Below are positions 41,378 through 50,896 of a DNA stretch of 64,000 bases, piece by piece. Position numbers and translations under genes: made by a program. A model generated the notes under the pieces. It saw nothing but the letters and a program-made list of their open reading frames with translations, made no database searches and was not told where the DNA came from. The DNA lies in contig OY762933.1 of the NCBI GenBank assembly GCA_963666765.1, forward strand, positions 2,695,422 to 2,759,421. Reading direction: 5' to 3'. How positions within the stretch are numbered: the first letter of the stretch is position 1; each line of letters begins with the position of its first letter. This stretch comes from Gammaproteobacteria bacterium. Its GTDB lineage: Bacteria; Pseudomonadota; Gammaproteobacteria; Steroidobacterales; Foliamicaceae.

Positions 41378-42250
41378 TCATTTCAGGCCGTAGATACGCA
41401 GTACGTTGTCGCGCATCAGCTTGCGGCGCGCCTGCGGGCGTAGTTCAAGCGCGTCGATGTCCTGCACCGTGCGCTCGAAGTCCAGCACCGGAAAGTCGGT
41501 GCCGAAGATGACCTTGTCCTGGCCGAACGAATTGATGTAATGGCGGAAGCTGTCCGGCCAGTACTTCGGCCGGTGCGCGTCGCAGCCGATGAAAACATTG
41601 TCGTGCTTCCATGACATGGCGATCATCTCCTCGTGCCAGGGAATGCCTACGTGAATACCGATCAGCTTGAGTTCGGGGAAGTCGCAGGCCACTGCGTCCA
41701 GCGTGATCGGCCGGCCGACGCTGCGGCGCGGCGCGTCCTTGGCGTAGATCATCGACTGGCCCACCTGCATCTGTATCGGCACGTTCAGCTCGCAGCACTT
41801 GGCATAGAACGGGTAGTAGCGGGCATGGTCCGGCGCCAGCTCAAACCAGTGCGGGTAAAGGTGCGCGCCGATGAAGCCCATATTCTTCACCGCATCCTCG
41901 AACATGCGCACGCCTTCCATGCCCTGGGTGGGGTCGATCCCCGCCAGGCCGGAAAAGCGGTCGGGGTGTTCTTCGCAGGCGCGGGCGACGACCTCGTAGG
42001 GCAGGTGATAACAGCCCGGCAGTCCCACCTGGCCGGTATGCGGCGCGATCAGGAACGCACGCTCGATGCCGGCGGCGTCCAGCCGCTCGATCATCTGTTC
42101 CAGCGAGAGTCCGCTCATCAGCGGGCTTTCCGCTTTCATCTTGCCGACGAAGAAATCGCCCTGCCAGCCGGGCCGGTGCGACAGGGCCTCCGGCGTCCAG
42201 ATGTTGACGACCGCGTCGATCGCCCGGTAATCGTGATTGGGTTCGCTCAT
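41378..42250 (-). CDS. amidohydrolase-2 family protein (ACMSD-like metal-dependent hydrolase/decarboxylase)
   Basis: Start taken at ATG 42250 (MSEPNHDYRAIDAVVNIW). Pattern AIDAVVN...HLYPHWF...GIHVGIPW...FGTDFP fits the TIM-barrel Amidohydro_2 family. Confidence 0.8.
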   Translation of the reverse strand: MSEPNHDYRAIDAVVNIWTPEALSHRPGWQGDFFVGKMKAESPLMSGLSLEQMIERLDAAGIERAFLIAPHTGQVGLPGCYHLPYEVVARACEEHPDRFSGLAGIDPTQGMEGVRMFEDAVKNMGFIGAHLYPHWFELAPDHARYYPFYAKCCELNVPIQMQVGQSMIYAKDAPRRSVGRPITLDAVACDFPELKLIGIHVGIPWHEEMIAMSWKHDNVFIGCDAHRPKYWPDSFRHYINSFGQDKVIFGTDFPVLDFERTVQDIDALELRPQARRKLMRDNVLRIYGLK

Positions 42251-42337
42251 GCGCCGCCTCTGTTCATTCGGCGGCAATTATCCTCCAATCGCATTCCGCT
42301 CGCAGGGGTAGCTCGCGGCGCGGGTCTTATACTCTTG

Positions 42338-42424
42338 ACTCACTTGGGGGGCGGCCCTTCGGCCTGAGACCCTGTTAACGGGGACCCCTTGAACCTGATC
42401 CGGTTAGTACCGGCGGAGGAACGA
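42338..42424 (+). promoter_or_regulatory. TPP (THI-box) riboswitch
   Basis: Contains the invariant THI elements GGGG...CUGAGA and ACCCCUUGAACCUGAUCCGGUUAGUACCGGCGGAGGAA. It sits immediately upstream of a TonB-dependent receptor, with the 3' end abutting the SD and ATG (42428). Confidence 0.85.
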
Positions 42425-42427
42425 GGT

Positions 42428-44587
42428 ATGAAACTTTTCCGCAACCGCAACTTCATTGGCCAATTCGCCGCAGGCTCTCTTTGCTTGCTGCTCGCCGGCG
42501 CTCCCGCTGCCGTTCCCGCGGAGCAGCCGCAACAATCCTCGCCGGAGGAAGCGCCCGGCGGCGTGCTGGAGGAACTGGTGGTCACGGCCTCGTTGAAGGA
42601 GGTGCGCAGCCTGGACCTGCCTACCAGCGTTACGGTGCTGAATGCGGAGACAATCCGGGGCTCGGCGGTGCAGCACTTCGAGGAGCTGGTGCAGCTCACG
42701 CCCAACCTGCACTGGTCCGGCGGATCGTCCCGGGCGCGTTATTTCCAGGTGCGCGGAATCGGCGAACGTTCGCAGTACGAAGGCGCGCCGAACCCCTCGG
42801 TGGGTTTCCTGCTGGACGACATCGACTTCTCCGCCATCGGCGGCGTCGCCACGCGTTTCGACCTGGGCAGCGTGGAGGTCCTGCGCGGGCCGCAGGGCAC
42901 GCGCTACGGCGCCAACGCGCTGGCCGGACTGATCTATGCGCGCTCGCGCGAGCCGGGCCGAGACGCCGAAGCCGAGGCCGAGCTCTCCTTCGGCAACGAC
43001 GATATGCGGGCGTTCGGAGTGGCCGTCAGCGGGCCGCTGGGCGAAAGGGCCGCCGGCCGCCTGGCGGCGCACCGGTACCGGGCCAACGGCTTTCGGCGCA
43101 ATGCCACGCTGGATCGCGACGACACCAACGGCCGGGAGGAGTTGAGCCTCAGGGCCAGGCTCAATTTCGATCCGGCGCCGGGTCTGGCCCTGCGATTGAC
43201 GCTGCTGCATGTCGACCTCGCCAACGGCTATGACGGCTGGTCGATCGACAATCGGCTGACCACCTTCTCGGACCGTCCCGGGCGCGATTCGCAGGCGTCC
43301 ACCGGAGCTTCGCTGCGCGCCGAGCTGGAACTGGGCGGTGGCCACCGGCTGGTGAGCATCACCGGCGGGGCGAGCTCCGATATCGAACACAGCTATGATG
43401 CCGACTGGGGAGAAGACGCCTACTGGTCGGAAATCGCCGGCTTTGCCATGCAGTACGACTACAGCTCGCGCACCCTGCGCGAGCGCAGCGGCTTGAGCCA
43501 GGAATTGCGCCTGCTCTCGCCGGCGGACGCCGGCCTGGACTACGCGCTGGGGGTGTGGTTCCTGAATCTCGACGAGGACAATGATCGCGTCGATCGGGGC
43601 CTTTACGCCGAGCCGGGTTACGCGCCCGGCCCCAGCGAGGACCGCTTCCGTTCCAGCTACGGCGCCGACAGCCTGGCGCTGTTCGGCGAACTTTCGCGCG
43701 CGTTCGCCGATAAATGGCGGGTCACCGTGGGCCTGCGCCGGGAACAGCGCGACGCCGGCTATGATGATTCCAACGGCGAGCGGTTCTCGCCGAAGGACGG
43801 CATGACGGGCGGGCATGTCAGCGTTTCGCGCCGGCTCGGCGACGAAACAAGCGTTTACGTTCGCGCAGCGCGCGGCTACAAGGCTGGCGGGTTCAACCTG
43901 GGTCTGGCGGGCCAGGGGCTGACTTCCGCGGAACTGGTCTACGAGCCGGAGTTTCTCTGGAACTACGAACTGGGCGCCAAGGGGCTGTGGCTGGACGGCC
44001 GGCTGCGCGGCGAGCTGGCCGTCTTCCATTCGCAGCGCGCCGACGTGCAGGTGGACACCTCGCGGCAGCTAGACCCGCAGGACCCCAATACCTTCGTCTT
44101 CTTCACCCAAAACGTCGGCCGCGGGTACAACCGCGGTGTCGAATTGACCCTGGACTACGCGCCGAACGAGGCGTGGCGCATGAGCGCCGCCGTTGGCTTG
44201 CTGGACACGGAAATCACGCGCTTCCCGGGCCGGCCGGAACTGGAAGGCCGCGACCAGCCGCACGCGCCGGGCTACGGCTACGCGCTCGGGGTCCGCTGGG
44301 GGCGCCCGCGGGGCTGGTTCGCTGCCGGCGAACTGACCGGCAGGGACGGCTTCTACTTCTCCAGCAGCCACGACCGCAAGTCGGACGCCTATTCGCTCTT
44401 GCACGTTCGGGCCGGCCGAGCCTGGAATGGCTGGGAAGCATACGCCTGGGCGCGCAATCTTCTTGACGAGTATTACGCGGTCCGCGGGTTCTATTTCTCC
44501 AACGTGCCGCCGGACTGGCCCGAACAGGAGTTCCGCCAGCAGGGCGACCCGCGACACTTCGGCGTTACCATTCGCCGGAACTTCTGA
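42428..44587 (+). CDS. TonB-dependent outer-membrane receptor (riboswitch context implies a thiamine-related substrate)
   Basis: Start ATG 42428 (MKLFRNRNFIGQFAAGSLCLLLAGAPA). TonB box/plug LEELVVTASL...; C-terminal ...HFGVTIRRNF with terminal Phe. Confidence 0.9.
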   Translation: MKLFRNRNFIGQFAAGSLCLLLAGAPAAVPAEQPQQSSPEEAPGGVLEELVVTASLKEVRSLDLPTSVTVLNAETIRGSAVQHFEELVQLTPNLHWSGGSSRARYFQVRGIGERSQYEGAPNPSVGFLLDDIDFSAIGGVATRFDLGSVEVLRGPQGTRYGANALAGLIYARSREPGRDAEAEAELSFGNDDMRAFGVAVSGPLGERAAGRLAAHRYRANGFRRNATLDRDDTNGREELSLRARLNFDPAPGLALRLTLLHVDLANGYDGWSIDNRLTTFSDRPGRDSQASTGASLRAELELGGGHRLVSITGGASSDIEHSYDADWGEDAYWSEIAGFAMQYDYSSRTLRERSGLSQELRLLSPADAGLDYALGVWFLNLDEDNDRVDRGLYAEPGYAPGPSEDRFRSSYGADSLALFGELSRAFADKWRVTVGLRREQRDAGYDDSNGERFSPKDGMTGGHVSVSRRLGDETSVYVRAARGYKAGGFNLGLAGQGLTSAELVYEPEFLWNYELGAKGLWLDGRLRGELAVFHSQRADVQVDTSRQLDPQDPNTFVFFTQNVGRGYNRGVELTLDYAPNEAWRMSAAVGLLDTEITRFPGRPELEGRDQPHAPGYGYALGVRWGRPRGWFAAGELTGRDGFYFSSSHDRKSDAYSLLHVRAGRAWNGWEAYAWARNLLDEYYAVRGFYFSNVPPDWPEQEFRQQGDPRHFGVTIRRNF

Positions 44588-44597
44588 ACACTCAATC

Positions 44598-44867
44598 ATG
44601 CGCATCACCGCCGAACTCAGCCTGTATCCGCTGGCCAGCGACGAGCCCATTGCGCGAATCACCGGATTCATCCGCGATCTGCGCGAACAACCGGGCATTG
44701 AAGTGCTGACCAACCAGATGAGCACGCAACTGCGGGGCGAAATGGCGGATGTGCAGCGGGCCGTGGATGCCTGCATGGCGGCGGTAATGGAATCCGGCGA
44801 CCGGGTCGTGCTGGTCGCAAAGTACCTGAACGCGGACCTGCCCCTCCAATCGCCTCCCGAGATCTAG
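44598..44867 (+). CDS. YkoF/MTH1187-family small thiamine-binding-like protein
   Basis: Start ATG 44598. 89 aa. MRITAELSLYPL...; single ACT-like unit typical of this family. Context with a TPP riboswitch. Confidence 0.65.
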   Translation: MRITAELSLYPLASDEPIARITGFIRDLREQPGIEVLTNQMSTQLRGEMADVQRAVDACMAAVMESGDRVVLVAKYLNADLPLQSPPEI

Positions 44868-44908
44868 GCGCGGCGCGGGCGCCCCCGAACCTGCCCTGAG
44901 AGCGGCGC

Positions 44909-45469
44909 ATGGAATTCATGACGGTCCTGGAGATCGCGGGCGTCGCGCTCGGCTTCGTCTACGTGCTGCTGGCGATACGCCGCCATATCGCCTGCTGGCC
45001 GGCGTCCTACCTCGCTTCCGGGCTGTTCGTGGTGGTCTTTCTCGACGCCGGACTTATTTTCCAGCCGTGGTTGCAGGTTTTCTACATGGTGATGGCTGTC
45101 TATGGCTACCGCAAGTGGCGCAAGGGAGCGAAGAACCCGGCGAAGCTGGGATTCTGGGGCTGGCGCAACAACCTGGTCGCGGTGGCCGCGCTGCTGGCAG
45201 TCTCGATCCCGATCACGATCTACGGCGCGCAATACAGCGAATCGTCCCTGTTCTTCATCGATGTGGTCACCGCCCTGGCGGCGCCGCTGGCCACATTCAT
45301 GCAGGCGCGCAAGTACATCGGCAACTGGATCTGGTGGATCGTGCTGGACTCGATCTACGTGGCGCTGTACCTGGAACGTGGCCTTTATTTCACCGCCGTG
45401 CTGTATGCAAGCTACCTGGTCCTGGCGTGGCTGGGCTACCGGTCCTGGCGCAAGGCCCTGCCGGCGTGA
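44909..45469 (+). CDS. pnuC: PnuC-family transporter (PnuT-like by context)
   Basis: 186 aa, 6-7 TM. QPWLQVFYMVMAVYGYRKW and NWIWWIVLDSIYV motifs of PnuC-family transporters. Confidence 0.8.
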   Translation: MEFMTVLEIAGVALGFVYVLLAIRRHIACWPASYLASGLFVVVFLDAGLIFQPWLQVFYMVMAVYGYRKWRKGAKNPAKLGFWGWRNNLVAVAALLAVSIPITIYGAQYSESSLFFIDVVTALAAPLATFMQARKYIGNWIWWIVLDSIYVALYLERGLYFTAVLYASYLVLAWLGYRSWRKALPA

Positions 45470-46248
45470 ACCCGGCGCCTCGGCTCCCCGAACATCCCGA
45501 ACTCGGGGACATCCGATTCATACGCCGGCTGTCCGGCGGCGGGGGCTGGAACGAGACCTGGCTGGCCGCGCGGGGTGAGGACGGGCTGATTGTTCGGCTG
45601 GACACGCCCGCGGTTGCGGCGCTCGGGTTGGACCGCGGCGCGGAGACCGCCGTGTTGCGCGCGATCGCGGGCCGCGGACTCGGTCCGGAACTTGTATTTT
45701 CCGATGCTACCGGGGGCGTGCTGGTAACGAGCTTGCTTCACGGGCGGGCCTGCACCCCGGCCATGCTTCGCAATGCACGGAGACTGCGCACGCTGGGAAC
45801 ATTGCTGCGCCGACTGCACGAGACCACGGCTTTGCCACCGGGAGCGCCACTGCTCGACCTGACCCGTTTCCTGGCCCGCTACGCCTCCATGGTGGGCGGC
45901 GCGTGGGCAAGGCGAACGGCGCGTGCCGCCGCGCGATCGATCAAGGCGGCTGCGGGAGGACGCCGCGGGCCGGCGCTGTGCCACAACGACCCGGTGGCTC
46001 AAAACGTCTTGTGCGGTCCGACGCTACGCCTGATCGATTGGGAGTTTGCGGCGCCCGGCGACCCGCTGTTCGACCTGGCGGTCGTCGTGGGCCACCACAG
46101 TCTGAGCGAAGTCGATGCCCGAACCCTGCTCGCCTCGGCCCGGGGCCGCGCACGGCCTGCGGAATGGCGGTCCCTTGTGCGCCTTGTGGAAGGTTATGAA
46201 GACCTGCGCCTTCTGTGGGAGGCGGCGGCCCGAAAGGCAATGGCATGA
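45466..46248 (+). CDS. phosphotransferase-family kinase (choline/thiamine kinase-like)
   Basis: GTG 45466 overlaps the pnuC stop (GTGA). Catalytic loop LCHNDPVAQNVL and LIDWEFAAPGDPLFDLA (Brenner/APH motifs). Confidence 0.75.
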   Translation: MNPAPRLPEHPELGDIRFIRRLSGGGGWNETWLAARGEDGLIVRLDTPAVAALGLDRGAETAVLRAIAGRGLGPELVFSDATGGVLVTSLLHGRACTPAMLRNARRLRTLGTLLRRLHETTALPPGAPLLDLTRFLARYASMVGGAWARRTARAAARSIKAAAGGRRGPALCHNDPVAQNVLCGPTLRLIDWEFAAPGDPLFDLAVVVGHHSLSEVDARTLLASARGRARPAEWRSLVRLVEGYEDLRLLWEAAARKAMA

Positions 46249-46296
46249 GTTCTCATGGCCGGGAACCGTGGCGACTGTCCCACCCGGGACAGCAAA

Positions 46297-46845
46297 CTAG
46301 GACCCCGTCAAAACGAACAGCGCGAATCCCAGCGTGATGGCCGCAAGCGAAAGAATGAGCGTGGCCAGCACGCCACCCTGTATCCACAGGGCGCGATACA
46401 GTTCTCCCCGCGTAATCATGCTCTCAGTGACTCTGTTCAGGCGCGCACTGAGATCCGCAAATCCGGTCTGCGTTTCCGTTCGAAGCTCTGCCAGATCAAT
46501 CCTCCAGTCAGCCCGAAGCTCAGCCGCATCTCCCTTATTTTCGGCGCGCAGTCCCGCCAGGCCCTCCTGCGTTTCGGCGCGCAGTCCCGTCAGGCCCTCG
46601 TGCATTTCCGTTCGCAGTCCCGCCAGGCCCTCGTGCGTTTCCGCCCGCAGTTCCGCTACGTCTTCTCTGGTGGCCATTTTGGTCTCCACCACGAGCCGGA
46701 TGCGTTCCAGATCCTTGATGACCTGTGCAGTGGGTGCGGTGGCCTGAGTCACGACGGCAACCATGGCCTCCGCTTGTTCGGCGGGGCAGCCGGCCCTTTC
46801 GAGTGTCTGTATCGCCTCATGCGTATCGAACGATTCCCCGGTCAT
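46297..46845 (-). CDS. DUF1640-like coiled-coil membrane-anchored protein
   Basis: Start ATG 46845 (MTGESFDTHEAIQTLERAG...). Central 11-residue repeats (AELRAETHEGLAGLRTEMHEGLTGLRAETQEGLAGLRAEN). C-terminal TM LWIQGGVLATLILSLAAITLGFALFVL. Confidence 0.7.
   Translation of the reverse strand: MTGESFDTHEAIQTLERAGCPAEQAEAMVAVVTQATAPTAQVIKDLERIRLVVETKMATREDVAELRAETHEGLAGLRTEMHEGLTGLRAETQEGLAGLRAENKGDAAELRADWRIDLAELRTETQTGFADLSARLNRVTESMITRGELYRALWIQGGVLATLILSLAAITLGFALFVLTGS
46540..46638. repeat. three tandem 33-bp repeats inside the DUF1640-like CDS
   Basis: Units 46540-46572, 46573-46605 and 46606-46638 (TTCGGCGCGCAGTCCCGCCAGGCCCTCCTGCGT and variants), with degenerate units on both sides. They encode hendecad peptide repeats. 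Confidence 0.85.
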
Positions 46846-46991
46846 TGTGATCCTCCTTGAATATCTACCCGGACAGTCCCTGTGACCGATCCTTCTGAAG
46901 CACATTCTTACTGCTGACGGGGCCGTGCTGTCAAGCTCCGTGCAACTGCGCGGTTTGATTAGCCGCCCCCGATTCTTTATGCTCGCCCGCC

Positions 46992-48488
46992 ATGACTGAC
47001 GCGGCATTTGACGTGCGCGAGCGCGTAACCAGCATCATCGACGGCGAATCCGTGGGTGTGTCGCGGCGCGGGGTGGACTTTCCGATCGTCAACCCGGCCA
47101 GCGAGGAACCCAACGGCGTTCTGCGCGAGGCCGATGCCCAGGAAGTCGATGCCGCCGTGCGCTCGGCGCGCAAGGCCTTCGAGACGGGCCCCTGGCCGCG
47201 CATGGACGCCGACGAGCGCAAGGCGATATTCCGCTCCATGCACGAGGCGCTGCACAGGCACCGCGAGGAACTGGAGTTCCTGGACAGCCTCAACACCGGA
47301 GTGCCCATCAGCCAGGTCCGCGCCATGCACGTGGCGCGCGCCGCCTACAACTTCGAGTTCTTCGGCGAGGTCCTGAGCCAGGAATCCGGCGAGGTCTATA
47401 CGCAGAACCCCAACTACCTGACCTACGTGACCCGCGAGCCGGTCGGCGTGGGCGCCATGATGGCGCCGTGGAACGCCCCGATACCGCTGGCTTCGATGCG
47501 GGTGGCCACCTGCATCGCCTTCGGCAACACCTGCGTGCTGAAGCCGTCCGAATACACCCCGCACTCGATGCAGCGGATGGTCGAGATCTTTCACGAGGCC
47601 GGCCTGCCGCCGGGCGTCGTGAACCTCGTCAACGGTCGGGGGCCGGTTACCGGCACGGCACTGGTCACGCATCCCGAGGTGGACATGGTGGGATTCACCG
47701 GGGGATCGGAGACCGGAAAGATCATCATGTCGGAGGCCGGCAAGTCGCTCAAGCCGGTGCTGCTGGAACTGGGCGGCAAGTCCGCCAACATCGTGCACGA
47801 GAGCGCCGATCTCGACCGCGCGCTGGACGGCTCGCTGATCGGCATCTTCTCCGGCAACGGCCAGCAATGCCTGGCGGGTTCGCGCATCCTGGTGCAGAAG
47901 TCGATTGCCGGCGAGTTCATCGAGCGTTTCGTGGAACGGTCCCGCAAGCTTCGCATCGGCGACCCGCTCAAGGCGGAGACCGAAATCGGACCGCTGTGCT
48001 TCGAGAACCACATGAACCGCGTGTTGTCGTACGCGAGCCTTGCGCGCGAGGAAGGCGCGAAGTTGCTGACCGGCGGGGGAAGGCCCGAGGGCATGGAGCG
48101 GGGCTGGTTCGTGGAACCGACGGCCGTTCTCGCCGACGACAACTCAGCACGCATCTGCCAGGAAGAGATCTTCGGCCCGTTCGCGACTTTCCTGGTGTAC
48201 GAAGACCTGGACGAGGCGCTCCGCATCGCCAATGACTCGGAGTTCGGCCTGGTGGCCTACCTCTGGTCGCAGGACCTCAACGTCACGATGCGGGCGGCGC
48301 GCGAGCTTCGCGCCGGCACGATCTGGGTGAATACGCCGATCTACCGTGAGCTGCGGGCGCCCTTCGGCGGCTACAAGCAATCCGGCATCGGCCGGGACGG
48401 CGCCAGGGGCAGCCTGGAGTTCTTTACCGAGCCCAAGACGGTGAGCATCCCGCTCACCGACTTTCCAATGCTCAAGATGGGGGAATGA
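46992..48488 (+). CDS. NAD(P)-dependent aldehyde dehydrogenase
   Basis: 498 aa. FTGGSETGK, LELGGKSANIV (catalytic Glu) and GQQCLAGSR (catalytic Cys). Confidence 0.9.
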   Translation: MTDAAFDVRERVTSIIDGESVGVSRRGVDFPIVNPASEEPNGVLREADAQEVDAAVRSARKAFETGPWPRMDADERKAIFRSMHEALHRHREELEFLDSLNTGVPISQVRAMHVARAAYNFEFFGEVLSQESGEVYTQNPNYLTYVTREPVGVGAMMAPWNAPIPLASMRVATCIAFGNTCVLKPSEYTPHSMQRMVEIFHEAGLPPGVVNLVNGRGPVTGTALVTHPEVDMVGFTGGSETGKIIMSEAGKSLKPVLLELGGKSANIVHESADLDRALDGSLIGIFSGNGQQCLAGSRILVQKSIAGEFIERFVERSRKLRIGDPLKAETEIGPLCFENHMNRVLSYASLAREEGAKLLTGGGRPEGMERGWFVEPTAVLADDNSARICQEEIFGPFATFLVYEDLDEALRIANDSEFGLVAYLWSQDLNVTMRAARELRAGTIWVNTPIYRELRAPFGGYKQSGIGRDGARGSLEFFTEPKTVSIPLTDFPMLKMGE

Positions 48489-48491
48489 AAG

Positions 48492-48941
48492 ATGACCAGT
48501 GACCTTCCGGTGCGCGTGCAACGCACCAATCTCGTTGTCGCCGACCTGGAACGCGCTTATCGCGTCTACCGCGACATTCTTGGCTTTGAGCTGGATTTCA
48601 CCCTGGGGCACCGCCCTGAATCGTATTCGTTTACGGTGTTCCGGATCCCCCGGGAGGCCACGACCGGCTTCGCCGCGCTCAGTTCCAAGGACCAGGTCCG
48701 CAGCCTGGCGCTGACCGAGATCAAGGGCGTGGAACTGCCCGAGCCCAACCTGCCGAGCAGCCACGCGCTGGTGCTGGAAGTGGACGATATCGACGCCGTC
48801 GTGGAGGGCGCGCGCGCCGAAGGCCTGCACGTCTTTCCGGAGGAAACGCTGCGCACGCACGACGGCCGCGTGGGCCGCGAGATCGGCATGCTCGATCACG
48901 ACGGCCACCTGATCGTGCTGTATTGCATCCTCGAAGCGTAG
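48492..48941 (+). CDS. VOC/glyoxalase family protein
   Basis: 149 aa. VVADLERAYRVYRDILGFEL...LVLEVDDIDAVVEGAR pattern of the VOC fold. Confidence 0.75.
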   Translation: MTSDLPVRVQRTNLVVADLERAYRVYRDILGFELDFTLGHRPESYSFTVFRIPREATTGFAALSSKDQVRSLALTEIKGVELPEPNLPSSHALVLEVDDIDAVVEGARAEGLHVFPEETLRTHDGRVGREIGMLDHDGHLIVLYCILEA

Positions 48942-48968
48942 TCCGGGAGGGAGGTCGTCCCGACCTCC
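48942..48968 (+). repeat. REP-like stem-loop, variant with compensatory stem changes
   Basis: TCCGGGAGGGAGGTCGTCCCGACCTCC. Stem GGAGGTCG/CGACCTCC, loop TCC. The leader CCGGGAG and the loop match the other copies, but the stem carries paired substitutions. Confidence 0.7.
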
Positions 48969-48978
48969 AGAGGGCGAG

Positions 48979-49323
48979 ATGCCCTCTCTCCCTGGAACGG
49001 TGAATACCGTAGCGGAACTCGTTCAGGACCCGGACTTCATCCGGCTGCGCCGTCTTCAGCGGCGCTACGCCTTTGCCATTGCCGGCAGCGTGGTGGCGTT
49101 TTACGTCAGCCTGGGCGTGGTGATGGCCTACTGGCCGGAAGTGCTCGGTATTCGACTTGTGCCGGGCCGCTGGATCACCGTCGGGCTGGTCTGGAATGTG
49201 CTGGGTCTTATCGGCTGGTTTGCCGCTACGGCCACCTATGCGGCGCTCAGCACCCGCCGGCTGACGCCGTTGCGCGCACAAATCAGGCAGCGCCATGGCT
49301 GGAACAGTCCCGATGGCGCCTAA
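48979..49323 (+). CDS. DUF485 inner-membrane protein (YjcH-like)
   Basis: 114 aa. FIRLRRLQRRYAFAIAGSVVAFYV... with two TMs. It immediately precedes and overlaps an ActP-like symporter, as yjcH-actP does. Confidence 0.8.
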   Translation: MPSLPGTVNTVAELVQDPDFIRLRRLQRRYAFAIAGSVVAFYVSLGVVMAYWPEVLGIRLVPGRWITVGLVWNVLGLIGWFAATATYAALSTRRLTPLRAQIRQRHGWNSPDGA

Positions 49324-50881
49324 CCTGGCTTCCATCCTCACGTTTGTCCTGATTCTCGGGGCCTCGCTGTTGATCACCTGGCAGGCGGGCCGGCGGACGC
49401 GTTCGTCTTCGGAGTTCTATGCAGCTTCGCACTCGATTGGCGGCTTCAGCAACGGGCTGGCGATCGCGGGAGACCATCTTTCGGCCGGAACGCTGCTGGG
49501 AGTGACCGCCGTCATCTACACGGACGGCTACGATGGCCTGATCTACATGACGGGTGGGGCAGTCGGCTACCCGCTGCTGATGTGTCTGCTCGCCGAACGG
49601 CTGCGAAACCTGGGCAGCTACACCTTCGTGGACGTGTTGTCGGCACGCTTTCGCGAAACGTCGATCCGCGTGCTGGCGGCCACCGGGACGCTCGTGGCCG
49701 CGGTTCTGTACCTGATATCGCAGATGGTGGCGGGCGGCGCGCTGTTCGAGGTGCTGTTCGGAATCCGCTATCCCTACGCCGTGGCCATGGTGGGCGGGCT
49801 GACCGTGCTCTATGTAAGCGTCGGCGGAATGCTGGCGACCACCTGGGTGCAGATGACCAAGGCCGTCTTGCTCATGTTCTCGATCCTGGTGCTGCTTGCC
49901 CTGCTCATGCTGAACCTGGGCGAGGGTCCGTTATCGTTGCTGGAGTCGGCGGCGCGCGTGCATCAGCGGGGCGAGGAGTGGCTGAGCCCGGGTCAGTTCC
50001 TGCCCGACAGGATCTCGATCTTCGCGTTTGTCCTGACCGGGCTGGTCGGCATGGTTGGACTGCCGCATCTGTTGATGCGCTTCTTTACCGTGCCCGACGC
50101 AAAACAGGCCCGCCGCTCCGCGGTGTTCGCCACCGGCTACATCGTGACTTTTTCCCTGTTGCTCTGGATTACCGGGCTCGGAATCATCGTGCTGCTGGCC
50201 GGGAACACGGAGATCCTGAACGAGCAGGGCGGAATGATCGGAAGTACCAACATGGCGATCATGCATGCTGCGCAGATCGTCGGCGGCAACGTCCTGCTGG
50301 GCTTCATGGCCTCGGTGGCGTTTGCGACGCTGCTGGCGGTGGTTTGCGGACTGGTGCTGGCCGCCGCCGCGGCGCTGGCGCACGACCTCTATACAGGCGT
50401 GCTCAAGCGTGGCCGCACCGACGACAAGACGGAAGTCCGGGCGTCGCGGATCAGCGTCGTGGCACTGGGCGTGGTGGCCGTGGCGCTGGGGATTCAGTTT
50501 CGGGGACAGAACGTCGCCTATCTGACCGCGCTCGCCTTTACCGTTGCCGCCAGCGTGAACACGCCGGCGCTGGTTGCTGCGCTGTTCTGGCGCGGCGCCA
50601 GCGCACGCGGGCTGATCGTCGGCGGCTGGGTGGGCATGGTCGTTTCGGTGGTGTTGCTGGCGCTGAGTCCGGCCGTCTGGGAAGGCGCCCTGGGGCTTGA
50701 GAACGCGCCCTTCCCGTGGATTTATCCGGGCCTGTTCTCGATTCCGGCCGCGGCCCTGGTAATCGTTGTAGTATCGCTTGCAGACCGCAGTCCCGGCGCG
50801 ATGATTGGACGAAGCCGGTACGATGAACTGCTGGCGCCATCCATCCTCGGGCGGCGGGATACACCTGTGATACGGCACTAG
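49295..50881 (+). CDS. sodium:solute symporter, cation/acetate symporter (ActP)-like; start uncertain (49295 or 49313)
   Basis: 528 aa. [30 protein letters not shown] matches the ActP [30 protein letters not shown]. SSS-family topology. Confidence 0.85.
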   Translation: [528 protein letters not shown]

Positions 50882-50896
50882 CGCCGTGTCACGAAA

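Noticed and set aside
45067-45465. N-terminal extension of the kinase ORF (393-aa version), and similar long 5' extensions of the cysS, leuS, nadD, pmbA, NmrA-like and ACAD ORFs
   Set aside because: The extensions overlap the preceding genes in other frames and are Arg/Pro/Gly-rich. Family alignments and coupled start/stop overlaps support the shorter starts given in the feature list.
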